Origin: Myxococcota bacterium
GTDB lineage: Bacteria; Myxococcota_A; SURF-8
Reading direction: 5' to 3'
Length of the DNA stretch: 64,000 bases
Assembly: GCA_965140415.1 (NCBI GenBank)
Contig: OZ223209.1
Location: 1,472,001-1,536,000, forward strand
The position numbers and the translations under genes were made by a program. Below, piece after piece: positions 18,593 through 29,915 of the stretch. How positions within the stretch are numbered: the stretch's first letter is position 1; every line of letters begins with the position of its first letter. The notes beneath the pieces are model-generated. The model saw only the letters and a program-made list of their open reading frames with translations, was not told the origin of the DNA and did no database searches.

Positions 18593-20374
18593 TCAGCCTT
18601 CGATAAAGCTCTTCAGCTTGCCGGAGCGCGAACTATGCCGCAGCTTTTTCAGGGCTTTGGCTTCGATCTGACGAATGCGCTCACGGGTGACTTCGAAATT
18701 CTGGCCAACTTCCTCCAGCGTATGATCGCTGCGTTCGCCGATACCGAAACGCATACGCAATACCTTTTCTTCACGCGGCGTCAAAGTGGCGAGCACTTTG
18801 CGCGTCTGCTCGGAAAGGTTCATGCTGATTACGGCCTCGGAAGGCGAGACAATCTGCTTGTCTTCGATGAAATCGCCCAGATGGCTGTCTTCTTCTTCGC
18901 CGATCGGTGTTTCCAGCGAAATCGGTTCTTTGGCGATTTTCAACACTTTGCGCACTTTTTCCACCGGAAGATCCATGCGTTCGCCGATTTCTTCCGGGGT
19001 GGGTTCGCGCCCGATTTCCTGCACCAGATGACGCGAGGTGCGGATGAGCTTGTTGATGGTTTCGATCATGTGCACCGGAATGCGAATCGTGCGGGCCTGA
19101 TCGGCGATAGCGCGCGTGATGGCCTGACGAATCCACCAGGTGGCGTAGGTCGAGAATTTGTAGCCGCGCTGGTATTCGAACTTGTCCACGGCTTTCATCA
19201 AACCGATATTGCCTTCCTGAATCAGATCCAGAAACTGCAAACCACGGTTGGTGTATTTTTTAGCTATCGAGACGACCAGTCGCAGGTTGGCTTCCACCAG
19301 TTCGCTCTTGGCAAGTTCGGCTTCGTTTTTGCCCTTCATCATACGCTGGAAGGTTTTGCCGATCTCACTGGCGTCCATACTGACTTCGCGTTCCAGTTCG
19401 ACCAATCTTTCCTCTGCATCCAGGAATCGTTCTTCCTGATCCAGCAGTTGTTCGCGTGAGCACTTAAGCGCTTTGAGCACCTTGGCTTCCGCACTCTGGC
19501 GTTTATAGAAGAGCTTCATGTGCTCGCGGAATTCGTCGTAATCAACGCCGGCTTGCCGTTCGGTATTGCGGATGCTCACATTGATATCCGACGCCCGATC
19601 GTAATAAGCGCGCATTTTCAGCACGATCTGATCGATCTGTTTTTTATTGAGAACGATATCCTTAAGCAATTCCCGCAGTTTTTGCTGGATCTGTTCCAGT
19701 TGCGTCTCGAAACGCTCCGTCTGTTTTTCGGAGGGAGTTAACAGTGCCGTATATTTCTTGATCAAGACTTTACGGTCACGGTCATATTGCTTGATGTGGT
19801 CGATGATCTCGATGACGCGCTCGACCAATGCGGAATCGTTGGACTCGTTTTCTTCTTCTTCCGGATCGCCCTTTAAAATATCCTTGGCTCGCATCTTGCC
19901 TGTTTTGAGCTTTTCGGCAATCGACAAGACTTCCGAAATCGCCATCGGCGATTCCAGGATCACATCGAGCATTTCCTTTTCGCCGCGTTCGATCCGTTTT
20001 GCGATCTCGACTTCGCCTTCGCGCGTTAACAGAGACACCGATCCCATTTTACGCAGGTACATGCGTACAGGATCGTTGGATTTTCCCGCGGCAGAATCGT
20101 CTTCATAGTCCTGACGCTTGGTTTTCTGACGGACCTTCTCGTTGCCTTCCTCATGGTCGTCATCGTCATCAGAGTCTATAGGTCGGTCGTTTTCGTTTTC
20201 CACAACGGAGATGTTCATGTCGCCCAACATCACCATGATGTCATCCAGGTCTTCCGGGGAGACTTTATCGGAGGGCAGCATGTCGTTGACTTCATCGTAC
20301 GTCAAAAAACCCTGCGCTTTGCCCTTTCCGATGAGTTTTTCCAACTCGTCTTTCTTCGATTTGTCTTTTCCCAT
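18593..20374 (-). CDS. rpoD: RNA polymerase sigma factor RpoD (sigma70)
   Basis: Region 1.1, [49 protein letters not shown]. Confidence 0.98.
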   Translation of the reverse strand: MGKDKSKKDELEKLIGKGKAQGFLTYDEVNDMLPSDKVSPEDLDDIMVMLGDMNISVVENENDRPIDSDDDDDHEEGNEKVRQKTKRQDYEDDSAAGKSNDPVRMYLRKMGSVSLLTREGEVEIAKRIERGEKEMLDVILESPMAISEVLSIAEKLKTGKMRAKDILKGDPEEEENESNDSALVERVIEIIDHIKQYDRDRKVLIKKYTALLTPSEKQTERFETQLEQIQQKLRELLKDIVLNKKQIDQIVLKMRAYYDRASDINVSIRNTERQAGVDYDEFREHMKLFYKRQSAEAKVLKALKCSREQLLDQEERFLDAEERLVELEREVSMDASEIGKTFQRMMKGKNEAELAKSELVEANLRLVVSIAKKYTNRGLQFLDLIQEGNIGLMKAVDKFEYQRGYKFSTYATWWIRQAITRAIADQARTIRIPVHMIETINKLIRTSRHLVQEIGREPTPEEIGERMDLPVEKVRKVLKIAKEPISLETPIGEEEDSHLGDFIEDKQIVSPSEAVISMNLSEQTRKVLATLTPREEKVLRMRFGIGERSDHTLEEVGQNFEVTRERIRQIEAKALKKLRHSSRSGKLKSFIEG

Positions 20375-20391
20375 CTAGCGTCACCTCACGG

Positions 20392-22206
20392 TTAATGGAT
20401 GGTGGATGTTTTCAGTTCTTGCAGTTTCCGGTTCAAATCAATCAGTTGCAGAGCAATTTGGTTTCGTTCCTCTTCTTTGGACTGTGTCCTGTCCTGAATC
20501 TTCATTCTTAGCGTCAGGATTTTTTGTTCGATGGAACGTACCTCCAGCTTTGTCAGACAGTCTTCCAGTGTCTGTAGAGCAACCGATTCCTCCATGTCCT
20601 CCTCATTAATGAGGATTTTTGCCACCAGATTCTTCCATTCAAGATCATCCACCTGTTGAAGCAGGGTATCCGGAGAGAATTGATCTCCCTCATCCAGGGA
20701 ATCCAGAATGCGTTCTGCGAGCCGCTTGAGCGACTGCACCGACATCCCATCCAAGCCTTGACGGCTGGAAAAAACAGGCGCAAGCTTATCGCCATGCAAT
20801 AGCAATAGCGCCACAATCCATACCTGAGCCATTTCACCGCCGTCTACCGAGCGATGGGTTTGCATGCGCAACGCCGCATCCGATACACGACTGTCCCAGT
20901 TCCGATTCGTGAGATGTTGCCGCAGCAACTGCGCGACCATTGATTGTCCAACCCCCAGCCTGCCTGCTATTTTCTGGACGTACAGCGTCTTTTCTACGGG
21001 GTCGGCGATCTTAGCCAGCATGGGGATGATGCCATGCAGACTGTCGGCTTTTTCCCTCGGACCCACATCCGAGTCAGGATACTGGTGCTCCAGCCAAATG
21101 TCAAATAAATAGCGAGCATTGTTAAGCAGTTCGGTCATCGCAGCAGCATTGTTTTCCTTTAGAAAACTATCCGGGTCGTGCGGGTCTGGAAGCACCACGG
21201 CACGCGCATTGATCTTTTCCGCCAAAAAAAGCGGTAAAGACTTGAACATGGCCTTGCGACCGGCGGCATCGCCATCGTAAAGCATTACAAGATTCGAGGT
21301 CATACGTTTGAGTAACTTCAGGTGCTCCTCGGTCAATGCTGTGCCCAATGTAGCGACAGTGTTTTCAAAGCCGAACTGATGCATCATCACCACATCCAGG
21401 TTGCCTTCAACCACAATGGCCTGATCGTTACGCCGAATCATCTGGCGCGCCTGATGATATCCATAAAGGCACTGTGATTTCGTGTAGATAGGTGTGTCCG
21501 GCGAATTGATGTATTTGTAATTCTGCTCATCACCCAAAATGCGTCCGCCAAAACCGACCACCCGCTCGTGTTGCATTATGATCGGGAACATCAAGCGATT
21601 CCGAAATAAATCGATGTGGCTGCCTCTGCGACTGAGAGCCGCCAGACCTGCGCGTTCGATGGCGTGCGAGGAATATCCTTTTTTCTCAAGGGCTTTCAAT
21701 AATAAATCCCAGCTTTCAGGTGCAAAACCGAGCCGGAATTTTTCGATCATGTCACGATTGACACCACGTTTTTCCAGATAATCGAGTACCAGCTTTCTGG
21801 TAGGATGCTCGATCAACTGTTTTTGAAAGTGCTGCGAAGCCAGCACATTCAGTTCGAGCAGTCGTTCCTTTTCGCTCAAGGCTTGTTTCTGAGTTGCATC
21901 GAGCGGTTTCTGTTCCGGCAGTTCAAAGCCGGTGTCATCCGCGAGTTGCTTGACGGTTTCGTAAAAAGACTGGTTTTCGATCAGCATCAAAAAGCGAATG
22001 ACATCTCCGCTTTCTCCACAACCGAAACAATGAAAAAAGCCTTGATCTTCTGACACATTGAAGGATGGCGCACTTTCACTGTGAAACGGGCAAACGCCCT
22101 TGTGGCTGCGTCCCGCGCGTTTGAGAGGCACGTAACGACCAATAACCTCAACGATATTGACGCGCTCTTTCAGGTCTTCGATGATGTGTTTTGGAATCGT
22201 CGGCAT
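20392..22206 (-). CDS. dnaG: DNA primase
   Basis: CPFH...FHCFGC zinc finger, FRNRLMFPI, KYINSP, VVEGNLD, YDGDAAG TOPRIM; directly upstream of rpoD. Confidence 0.97.
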   Translation of the reverse strand: MPTIPKHIIEDLKERVNIVEVIGRYVPLKRAGRSHKGVCPFHSESAPSFNVSEDQGFFHCFGCGESGDVIRFLMLIENQSFYETVKQLADDTGFELPEQKPLDATQKQALSEKERLLELNVLASQHFQKQLIEHPTRKLVLDYLEKRGVNRDMIEKFRLGFAPESWDLLLKALEKKGYSSHAIERAGLAALSRRGSHIDLFRNRLMFPIIMQHERVVGFGGRILGDEQNYKYINSPDTPIYTKSQCLYGYHQARQMIRRNDQAIVVEGNLDVVMMHQFGFENTVATLGTALTEEHLKLLKRMTSNLVMLYDGDAAGRKAMFKSLPLFLAEKINARAVVLPDPHDPDSFLKENNAAAMTELLNNARYLFDIWLEHQYPDSDVGPREKADSLHGIIPMLAKIADPVEKTLYVQKIAGRLGVGQSMVAQLLRQHLTNRNWDSRVSDAALRMQTHRSVDGGEMAQVWIVALLLLHGDKLAPVFSSRQGLDGMSVQSLKRLAERILDSLDEGDQFSPDTLLQQVDDLEWKNLVAKILINEEDMEESVALQTLEDCLTKLEVRSIEQKILTLRMKIQDRTQSKEEERNQIALQLIDLNRKLQELKTSTIH

Positions 22207-22481
22207 GTGCTCATTCGTTTCGTGTGGCGACATCGAACAACGGCGACTTGCCGTGCTCATTGGAATCCGTAAGTATAAGGATTTGGTGGGGATAGCGTCA
22301 AGATTTTTAATTGGACAATTTCAGCATATTTCACTTCATGGAGATCCTTGCATTTTGAGACGCCGCGATTCGGAAATTGCTGGATAATCTCTACAATCTC
22401 AAAAAGGAAATCCCTTGCATATTCGGTGATTTTCTTATATTTTTCAAGCGTATACGTGCCATTAGAGTTGGGAGGTTAGGA

Positions 22482-24845
22482 ATGATTGTAAAGTGTGATA
22501 ATTGCCAGACTCAATACCAGGTGGATGATAGCAAGATTCCTGCAACTGGAATGGCCGTTAAATGCTCGAAATGTCACAACTTATTTGTTGTTCGCCCCGA
22601 AATATTGGAGCCGCAGGCCATCGAAGCGGTGGATGTGTCTGAAGTGTCTCCCGTCGAGCCGGAACCGGAAGTCCGTCCGGAAGTTGCCGCCAAATCTCCG
22701 GAGCCCGAACCGGAGCCTTACTACAGTTTGCGTCGCCCGGATGGAAAAACCTTTTCATTCCGAGAACTTGCCACATTGCAACGCTGGATTGTCGAACGTC
22801 GCGCCTTGCAGGACGATGAGCTTTCCCAGAATGGTTCAAGCTGGACGCGCCTTGATGAGATTCCCGATTTTGCGCCGTTTTTTCAACTAGTTGAACGAGC
22901 CACGGGAACCTTCGAGACTCAGCCTGAACCTGAGCCGGAACCTGCGCCAGAACCTGCGCCGGATCCGCAACCGGAACCGGAAATCCAGGCACCTGCACAC
23001 GAACTTGCGGCGGAATTACAACCGGAATTGCAACCGGAACCGGAACCGGAGCTTGAACCAGAGATTCAGGTAACTGCTGGAAATGAGACGGAAAAAGAAG
23101 CCGCTCAGCCAAAAATGACGATGCAAATGTGGGCGATGCCAGAGGAAGAAACGCCTCAAAATCCTGAAATATCTTCGCCAAAGCCGGATTCTGCACCAGA
23201 ACCTGCACCAGAGCCGGAACCAAAGCCGGAACCTGCACCAGAACCTGCGCCGCAACCTGAACCCGAACCTGAGCCGCAACCCGAACCCGAACCCGAACTT
23301 GAACCTGTTGCAGAGCCAGAACCCAGGTTTGAAGCGGCATCTAAACAAGAGGAAGACGAAGGCTTCGATTTTAAAGCAAGCCCACAACCCGATCAAGGGC
23401 CTTCCGAATGGGACGAATTGCCTGTGCAGTCCGCCAAACGTGATTCGTGGGACGAGAATACCGACTGGGATGCATTGGCCGATGACGATTCCGAGTTTGC
23501 ACCCGGTGGTCGTGCGAAAAAAGCGGTATTAATCGGACTGGCTGTCATCATTGCCGCAGCCATTGTGTACGTTGCGCTCAATCCGGCTTTATTGCGACAG
23601 GTGCTGCCGCTGGGACCGTCGAAAGAAACTTTGGCCCATTTGCAGGACGCGCGGATCTCCTTGAATTTGAATACGCCGGATAGCCTGGCAGATGCGGAAC
23701 AGGCGTTGAACAAACTGGTCGAGCAGGATGCGGAACTTTATCCTGCCTTGGCGATGCTTGCCGAAGTGCATACCTCGCGTGCGGATTTACTGGCTGTTAA
23801 AGTTACGGGAGCGGAGAAAACACAGGGCAACCTGGACAAGAAGCTGAAAGAACTCTCCAAGCAACTGGAGGAGAAAGAGGATGCCGAACTGAGAAAGCAG
23901 GCGGAGACGTTGCAGCAGCAACTTCAGCGAGCGAATCAACAAGTTCAAACTTTTAGTAGCGAGATCAGCAGTGAATTGCAACGCGCATTCTCCTTTGGTG
24001 AACGCGCCCATCAGTTGGCTCCTGACAGCCTGGAGGCCAACCGCGCCCTGGCGGATTATTATCGTCTGGGTATGGATGCCACAAAGGCCAACGACTATCT
24101 CGAGCGCGCCGAAAAGAACGCTGCCGACGATCCGATTTGCCTGTATATCAAAGGCGCGATGTTCGCTACCGACGACAGCCTGCTGGCCAATGCACTGCAA
24201 TCCTTTAAACTGGCGATCATCGGCGATCCGACCTTGATCAAGGCGAAATTCCAATTGGCGTTGCTATACCTGAATCAAAACAAGCCGGAGGAAGCCCGGC
24301 CCATCCTGGAAGAAATCCTACAGCAGAATCCGCAACATCTGGCCTCGCAGGAACAATTGGATCGTTTGAACGAACTCGAAAAGGCAAAGCAGGCCGAAGA
24401 AAAGGCTCAAGAGGAAAAGGCGGCGGCGGAAAAACCCAAAGCACAACCCAAAGCAACTCCGCGAGCACCAGCGGAACCGGCGGCTCCTGCAAGTTACGAG
24501 CAACTGATGAATAAGGCGGATCGTCTACGAAATTCCGACCGCGCCAAAGCAGCGCTGTCGTTGTATCAAAAAGCTGCGGAGCAGAAAAAAACCGCCGAAG
24601 TGTATTCCGGCATCGGCTTTTGCCATTTCGACATGCAAAATTACAAGGCGGCTTTAAGTAACTTCAAGAAGGCGATGTCCGCCCAGCGCAATCATCAAGG
24701 CGCGATAATCGGTATGGCGATGTGTTACGATCAGCTTTCCAATACCGATCAAGCGATCAAATACTACGAACGTTACTTGAAGTTATTCCCAAGCGGCATG
24801 GATGCTGCTGCTGCCAAAGGCGCACTGGGACGTTTGGGTAAGTAG
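22482..24845 (+). CDS. Zinc-ribbon (MJ0042-type)/GYF-like/Pro-Glu linker/TM/TPR protein
   Basis: MIVKCDNCQTQY...VKCSKC; GYF-like LQRWIVE...WTRLDEIPDF; PEPEP linker; TM AVLIGLAVIIAAAIVYV; C-terminal TPRs; GGAGG RBS. Confidence 0.85.
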   Translation: MIVKCDNCQTQYQVDDSKIPATGMAVKCSKCHNLFVVRPEILEPQAIEAVDVSEVSPVEPEPEVRPEVAAKSPEPEPEPYYSLRRPDGKTFSFRELATLQRWIVERRALQDDELSQNGSSWTRLDEIPDFAPFFQLVERATGTFETQPEPEPEPAPEPAPDPQPEPEIQAPAHELAAELQPELQPEPEPELEPEIQVTAGNETEKEAAQPKMTMQMWAMPEEETPQNPEISSPKPDSAPEPAPEPEPKPEPAPEPAPQPEPEPEPQPEPEPELEPVAEPEPRFEAASKQEEDEGFDFKASPQPDQGPSEWDELPVQSAKRDSWDENTDWDALADDDSEFAPGGRAKKAVLIGLAVIIAAAIVYVALNPALLRQVLPLGPSKETLAHLQDARISLNLNTPDSLADAEQALNKLVEQDAELYPALAMLAEVHTSRADLLAVKVTGAEKTQGNLDKKLKELSKQLEEKEDAELRKQAETLQQQLQRANQQVQTFSSEISSELQRAFSFGERAHQLAPDSLEANRALADYYRLGMDATKANDYLERAEKNAADDPICLYIKGAMFATDDSLLANALQSFKLAIIGDPTLIKAKFQLALLYLNQNKPEEARPILEEILQQNPQHLASQEQLDRLNELEKAKQAEEKAQEEKAAAEKPKAQPKATPRAPAEPAAPASYEQLMNKADRLRNSDRAKAALSLYQKAAEQKKTAEVYSGIGFCHFDMQNYKAALSNFKKAMSAQRNHQGAIIGMAMCYDQLSNTDQAIKYYERYLKLFPSGMDAAAAKGALGRLGK
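22920..23325 (+). repeat. Coding low-complexity (Glu/Ala/Gln-Pro)n repeats
   Basis: Repeated gaacc(t/g/c) units encoding PEPEPAPEP. Confidence 0.8.
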
Positions 24846-24862
24846 AGGAATTGGTATTCATT

Positions 24863-24920
24863 AACACGGGCAAGCTCCATTTCATTCCGCTTGGCCCGCG
24901 CCACCCTTTGCCATGACCAC
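24863..24920. repeat. REP-like element, copy 2 (3' half)
   Basis: aacacgggcaagctccatttcattccgcttggcccgcgccaccctttgccatgaccac nearly identical to 16701-16759. Confidence 0.7.
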
Positions 24921-24971
24921 TCGTCGATCAATCGGAAATGTCGGATAAAATTTTAATCCGACAATTTGCTG

Positions 24972-25367
24972 TTATTTAAAGCCCCAACTCGCCAATTCCA
25001 CATAGGTGAAATACACGGCGGCGTCTACGAACAGCACGATCATGGCCCACATCAAACCGCGTTGGACTTTCGGATGTGCAAGCGGGCGGGAGAGGGCGAA
25101 GCGCCCCAACAAATAGAACAGAATAAACGCGCATACACTCCACAGCAACGAACCGTAGTAGCCCTGCGCGATCATGCCTTCCGGCTTTACCGTGCTGAAC
25201 ACGCCTTGTGTCGGCAAATAATACACGGTTGGTAACGAAGCCAGCTTGACCAGCGGGTACGTCAGCAGAAAACCGGCGCTTCCCAGTAATGCACCTGAAA
25301 GATGGGAGCTGGGTTGTTGAACGGAGGAGGTCTCTAAAGCGTTGTCTGTGTTTGTTTGTGCCAGCAT
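24972..25367 (-). CDS. Hypothetical membrane protein (3 TM)
   Basis: Hydrophobic segments; GGAGG RBS; follows the upstream gene by 10 bp. Confidence 0.7.
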   Translation of the reverse strand: MLAQTNTDNALETSSVQQPSSHLSGALLGSAGFLLTYPLVKLASLPTVYYLPTQGVFSTVKPEGMIAQGYYGSLLWSVCAFILFYLLGRFALSRPLAHPKVQRGLMWAMIVLFVDAAVYFTYVELASWGFK

Positions 25368-25377
25368 GAACTTCCTC

Positions 25378-25827
25378 CTACAGAGCTTTTAGCGAAACCA
25401 GCATGAGGCCGGTCAAACCGGAAAACCACACGATGCCCATCAGTGTCAATCCGCTGAAATTGTAAAGCGGTTGCAACGGTCCCGGCGGTTGATCGTTGAT
25501 TCTGCGGCTCATCGGGAAATACCACAATAACAATCCCAGTCCCAGTGCGGCCAAATGCTCTTTGCATTCGAAAAAGCCGGTTGCCAAAGGATGCACCACA
25601 TCCAGAAAATCGGGACGCACACCGACGCGAAAAGCCGGGTAGATGACCAATCCCAAGCCGAAGGTGATCAGGTAGCTGACGAACATCACGGCGGCATAAC
25701 GCCGTTGCAGAACTCGTCGGCGATAATCCCCACGCATGTGGAACCAGGCCAGAATGCCATTGTGAGTGGAAGAGCCGAACAGGACGATGGCGGAAATCGC
25801 ATGCAGAATCAGTAAGAATTTCATCAC
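25378..25827 (-). CDS. Hypothetical 4-TM membrane protein with intramembrane histidines
   Basis: Four hydrophobic helices; ILHAIS, STHNG, KEHLAALG. Confidence 0.75.
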   Translation of the reverse strand: MMKFLLILHAISAIVLFGSSTHNGILAWFHMRGDYRRRVLQRRYAAVMFVSYLITFGLGLVIYPAFRVGVRPDFLDVVHPLATGFFECKEHLAALGLGLLLWYFPMSRRINDQPPGPLQPLYNFSGLTLMGIVWFSGLTGLMLVSLKAL

Positions 25828-25936
25828 GGCCTCGCAAAGAAGTACAATCGAAGCTTGTCATACACACAATGCTCCGAAATTTGAAGAGCTTTCTGCAACA
25901 TTACGAAAAATTAATATTGATGAAGGAGGAAACGGT

Positions 25937-26413
25937 TTAGCGTCCCGTATGCCCAAAACCTCCGGCATTGCGCTCCGTTTCATCCAGACTTTCGCATTCT
26001 CGCCATTGAATCTGCGTTACCGGTGCAACGATCAATTGGGCGATGCGCTCGCCCCTTGCAATGGTGAACGGCTCTGCGCCATGGTTGATCAGCGCAATAC
26101 GAACCTCGCCGCGATAGTCGCTGTCGATGGTGCCCGGACTGTTCAAGACGGTTACGCCATGCTTTACCGCCAAACCGGAACGCGGGCGTACTTGAGCTTC
26201 ATAGCCGATAGGCAGTGCGATCGCCAGACCGGTGGGCACCAGCGCCCGTTGCCCGGGAGCCAAGGTAACGGGGTCATCCACGGCAGCGGGGAGATCCAGA
26301 CCCGCCGAACCAACAGTTTGGTATTCGGGTAACGGGATATCGTCAAAACCGGCGCGAATGCGCGTGACATCAACAGGGATACGATTCGTCATGGTGGCTG
26401 TCCTATTCGTCAT
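25937..26413 (-). CDS. dut: dUTP diphosphatase
   Basis: [37 protein letters not shown] motifs I-V. Confidence 0.97.
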   Translation of the reverse strand: MTNRTATMTNRIPVDVTRIRAGFDDIPLPEYQTVGSAGLDLPAAVDDPVTLAPGQRALVPTGLAIALPIGYEAQVRPRSGLAVKHGVTVLNSPGTIDSDYRGEVRIALINHGAEPFTIARGERIAQLIVAPVTQIQWRECESLDETERNAGGFGHTGR

Positions 26414-29400
26414 TCAATCTCGAAGTCAATGGATACGTTGTGGATACGGCATACCGCCGCATGCGGGCAATATTCGCAGGTGCGCGGGGTAATCTGAAAA
26501 TCTCCGGCTTGCATCTGCGAAACGAGTTCTTCCAGTTGATTGGCGAGGTTGGCCTCGCCGGATTGTCGGTACTGCTCCCGTAAGCCAGGGTTCAAGGCAA
26601 AGTAGGTTTGCACGAAGTCAGAGTCGATCTGCTTCTTAAAAGTCGGTTTGTTTTCGGCATTGCCGACCAGCAGATAGCGCGCCTGTAAAATGGAAATGGA
26701 AGCATCCGGCTTCTGCTCGTCGTTTGCATAGAGCAGCGCCAATAGATAAATGGGCATCTGGAACGACGTTATTCCGAAAGCTTCCGGTTTCAGATAGCTG
26801 CGGTAGCGCGACTTGTTGCTGCTGGATTTATAGTCCACCAGGCTGATCACGCCGCTGCCGCTGTCGATGCGGTCGATCCGACCGATCAGGCGGATCGGCG
26901 GTCCCTGCTCGGAAGGAATCAGCAACTCATCGCTCAGCGTGGGGGGATGCGGAATGCCGAACCAGACTTCGAAATGGGTAGGCGGGCTCTGTTGCATGGC
27001 ATCCCGTTCAATCTCGATCAGGCGTCGTACCTTGACCGCCCAGCGTTGCGCGGTGTGCTGCGCCATGCTGCGCACGTTTTCCGGCGCCGACTGCAATTGC
27101 ACTTGCAACGCCCTGTACAGATTCTGATAGGCGCGTTCCTGCAAGTCTTCTTCGCTCAATGAGAGCGTCTTCGTGCTGCTGCGGCACAGTTCTTCCAGCG
27201 TTTGATGCACCGCCAGTCCCACCGCCAGGGCATCCGGCTCCGGTCCTTGTTCTTCCCAAGGCTCGCTCTGCCAGATGCGCTCTACGAGAAACCGGAAAGG
27301 ACAAGTGGCGTAGGTTTCGAAATGCGCGGGGCTGTAGCGCTCCGGCAAGGGGGAAGGCGCTTTCTGTTGCCAGTTGTCCTGCAACCTACCGGTATAGGGG
27401 AAAGCCAGCTCGGCGCGAATCGGGGCGTTTTCCTGCCGCATGAATTCTTCACGCGCTTGTTCGATGCGAACCTTATCGCCAAGCCGTTGCAGACGACCAC
27501 GTTGCTGTTCCGAAAGGAAATCGGGTAAAGGCGTATCCGATTGCTGTGCTGCGATTTCGGTGGCCTGCCTGATCCATTCGATACGGAAAGGTGCAAGCGA
27601 ATCGGATGGCAGCAGCTTCGGCTCGCCAAGTTTGTCCCGGCATTCCTTGAAGAAGGGGCTGGGTGCAAGTTCTTCGCCCTGTTCATCCACAAGCGGAGCG
27701 ATCAAGGTAAGTCGCTCTGCCTGGCGAAACAAGGTCGTAAAGAGCATACGCTCGTATCGGTAGCGGCGACCCGCTCCGGCCAGGAGTGGATAGCCCGCCA
27801 GCCTGTTGACCTGCCGTCGTTCGTCGTCGCGCAGCCAACCGATCGACTGGCTCGCTCGCGGGAACACACCGTCGTTGATATCCAGTATGTACAGATGTTT
27901 AAAACGGCGGCTGGCCGCTTCTTCCGGTGGCAGTACGACAATCGACTCCGGTTCCGGGGTGGAGCGTAACTGAATGGCGGCATCCAGTACTGCGGTGAGC
28001 CAGCTGAGAAACTCCATCCCACCCAGAGGCTGTCCTTCCTGTTCCAAATCGGGTTGCCATTCCGAAAGAATCTGCTCTGCGGTCTGCCAGGCGTGAAAGG
28101 AGAGTGTGAAGTGGCGCTGGTCATGCACCGATTCGAATGGAGGGATGCGCATGGCCTGCACGAGATCCCGAAACGATTGCAGCCAGTCCGCCAACGGCAT
28201 GCGTTGCTTGCGGAACGGTTGCAGCCAGTCCAGCCAGGCCAGCAGCGAGGCGGCGATGTGCGTGCGGGTCGGCTCGTCGATCTCGCGATTCTGCACCAGT
28301 TCCCGAGACCAGTCCACGCCATCGAGCACGGACAGCTTCATTTCTCGCAGCACGGCTTCCGCCTGTTGCAGTTCCGCATCTTCCGGGCCGACGCCGAAAG
28401 GCTGCGCCGTTCTGGCCAGTCTGGCCAGTTTGCTGATCTCTATGGGCTGTTGCAGCAAGTCAATCAGCGTGTGCAGCCAGCGGAAAGGCGGCGTATCCAG
28501 CACCCGCACCGAACGATGGTAGGCGATGGGCAGTTGCCATTCGACGATGGCCCGCCGCAGCAAGGGGCGCATCGCTTCCAGATCCGGGGCGACAATGCCG
28601 ATGTTCGCCGGGTTTTCTCCGGCTTGCAGAAGCTTTCCGATTTCCTGGAAGATCCAGCGCAGTGAGTGTTCCCGGTTGCTCGCTTCGAACAGGCGGATTC
28701 TCGTATCCAGGCTGAAAATATCGCGGGTATCCTCTTTTTCCGTTGAGAAAAGCTTGGCGATCAATTTCTGCCGAATGGCGTCGTGGTCCAGGGAGCAAGT
28801 GGAGAAAGCGATATCGGCCTGGGTCTGCTGGCCGTTGCGTTCGATATAGGACAGCACCGGCTCCAGATTGGAATACAGATCCGCCCGTTCATGTAACAGG
28901 CAGAACTCGAAACTCGTATTGTAATGCAGCGCCAGATGCAACATGGCATGCAGCCGCAAAGGGCCGGGATCGTCGAAGCCGATGAAACGCAGTTCGCGCT
29001 CGGGATGCAACCCAAGTTTCAAACTTGCCGGTTCACGCTCCAGAAACGCCTGTAGACAATCGCCTTCGGTATAGAGCCTGCTTTCGTTCAGCGAAATTTT
29101 ATACGCCTTCCAGATGCGATCTAAATAGCGTCCTTTGGGAGTGGGCGGCCAGATTGCCTGAATCGACTGTTTCCCGCGCAGGTGGCTGGGTAAAAGATCC
29201 AGTGCCGAAAACAACTGTAGCAGCGTATCCAGCAATTGTTCACTGGGAAGCTCCGGTTCACCGGGTATGGCTGGTTGCGTTTCCAGCACCTTTTTCAATG
29301 TCATGCGCAGTTGCAGGCGCGTGGCCGCACGACCGGGCAAATGCAATGCCAAAGCCAGCGAACGCAATAAATCCGCAAAGCTGATATGCAGTACGCCTGC

Positions 29401-29496
29401 CAGGGTGTGAGCGGCATTCCGGCGCAAATCGGATTCCGCTGCCACCGATGCCTGAAAAAGCGAAGGATGTATGGTCAGCGGTTCCGAAATCATCAT
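26410..29496 (-). CDS. AddB/RexB-like PD-(D/E)XK nuclease with Fe-S cluster
   Basis: Inactive helicase-like N-terminal part; CPFRF plus [10 protein letters not shown] cysteines; GRIDRID...VDYKS...QMPIY RecB-type nuclease motif. Confidence 0.85.
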   Translation of the reverse strand: MMISEPLTIHPSLFQASVAAESDLRRNAAHTLAGVLHISFADLLRSLALALHLPGRAATRLQLRMTLKKVLETQPAIPGEPELPSEQLLDTLLQLFSALDLLPSHLRGKQSIQAIWPPTPKGRYLDRIWKAYKISLNESRLYTEGDCLQAFLEREPASLKLGLHPERELRFIGFDDPGPLRLHAMLHLALHYNTSFEFCLLHERADLYSNLEPVLSYIERNGQQTQADIAFSTCSLDHDAIRQKLIAKLFSTEKEDTRDIFSLDTRIRLFEASNREHSLRWIFQEIGKLLQAGENPANIGIVAPDLEAMRPLLRRAIVEWQLPIAYHRSVRVLDTPPFRWLHTLIDLLQQPIEISKLARLARTAQPFGVGPEDAELQQAEAVLREMKLSVLDGVDWSRELVQNREIDEPTRTHIAASLLAWLDWLQPFRKQRMPLADWLQSFRDLVQAMRIPPFESVHDQRHFTLSFHAWQTAEQILSEWQPDLEQEGQPLGGMEFLSWLTAVLDAAIQLRSTPEPESIVVLPPEEAASRRFKHLYILDINDGVFPRASQSIGWLRDDERRQVNRLAGYPLLAGAGRRYRYERMLFTTLFRQAERLTLIAPLVDEQGEELAPSPFFKECRDKLGEPKLLPSDSLAPFRIEWIRQATEIAAQQSDTPLPDFLSEQQRGRLQRLGDKVRIEQAREEFMRQENAPIRAELAFPYTGRLQDNWQQKAPSPLPERYSPAHFETYATCPFRFLVERIWQSEPWEEQGPEPDALAVGLAVHQTLEELCRSSTKTLSLSEEDLQERAYQNLYRALQVQLQSAPENVRSMAQHTAQRWAVKVRRLIEIERDAMQQSPPTHFEVWFGIPHPPTLSDELLIPSEQGPPIRLIGRIDRIDSGSGVISLVDYKSSSNKSRYRSYLKPEAFGITSFQMPIYLLALLYANDEQKPDASISILQARYLLVGNAENKPTFKKQIDSDFVQTYFALNPGLREQYRQSGEANLANQLEELVSQMQAGDFQITPRTCEYCPHAAVCRIHNVSIDFEIE

Positions 29497-29780
29497 TTTC
29501 CGTTCCCCGTCGGTTGGTTGGGTTGATGGCAGCGGAAGCATTTTTCGTTGTTGATCGGATGACTGGGTTTGGTCGGATTGGGTCCGTCGGGCGAATGGCA
29601 ACGCAGGCATTGGGTCCAGTCGGTGATGCCGGCATGATCTTTATCCGCCGGGATGGGCGGGCTGCCATCGTCCTGCAAGGAGAGCCAGTATAGTGAGCCG
29701 ACGATAAAAACAACGACAGCAAGATAAAGCAGGGTCTTGATGAGCGCTCCCTTTTTATCGCGCGTGGAAGTTGCCGACAT
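29493..29780 (-). CDS. Small membrane-anchored diheme cytochrome c
   Basis: N-terminal TM; CLRCH and CFRCH heme motifs; extra His residues (DHA, SHP) as candidate distal ligands. Confidence 0.8.
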   Translation of the reverse strand: MSATSTRDKKGALIKTLLYLAVVVFIVGSLYWLSLQDDGSPPIPADKDHAGITDWTQCLRCHSPDGPNPTKPSHPINNEKCFRCHQPNQPTGNGK

Positions 29781-29915
29781 CTGTACGGTTCCCCTGTTTC
29801 TGCAAAAATAGCAAAGCTGATCCGCACCGAATTTCCCCGCATCCGCAAGGAGGAGGATTTCCGGGATCGAATCGTTAATATAACGAATGTATCCTAGGAC
29901 AGAGAGCCCGGCTTG

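Noticed and set aside
18485..19459. 324-aa plus-strand ORF
   Set aside because: Antisense shadow of the highly conserved rpoD; a common artefact of codon bias.
22920..23325. Repetitive DNA considered as a non-coding array
   Set aside because: Encodes the Pro/Glu linker of the zinc-ribbon/TPR protein.
29497..29610. N-terminal extension of the AddB-like ORF
   Set aside because: Overlaps the cytochrome c gene in another frame; the ATGA coupling at 29493-29496 is more plausible.
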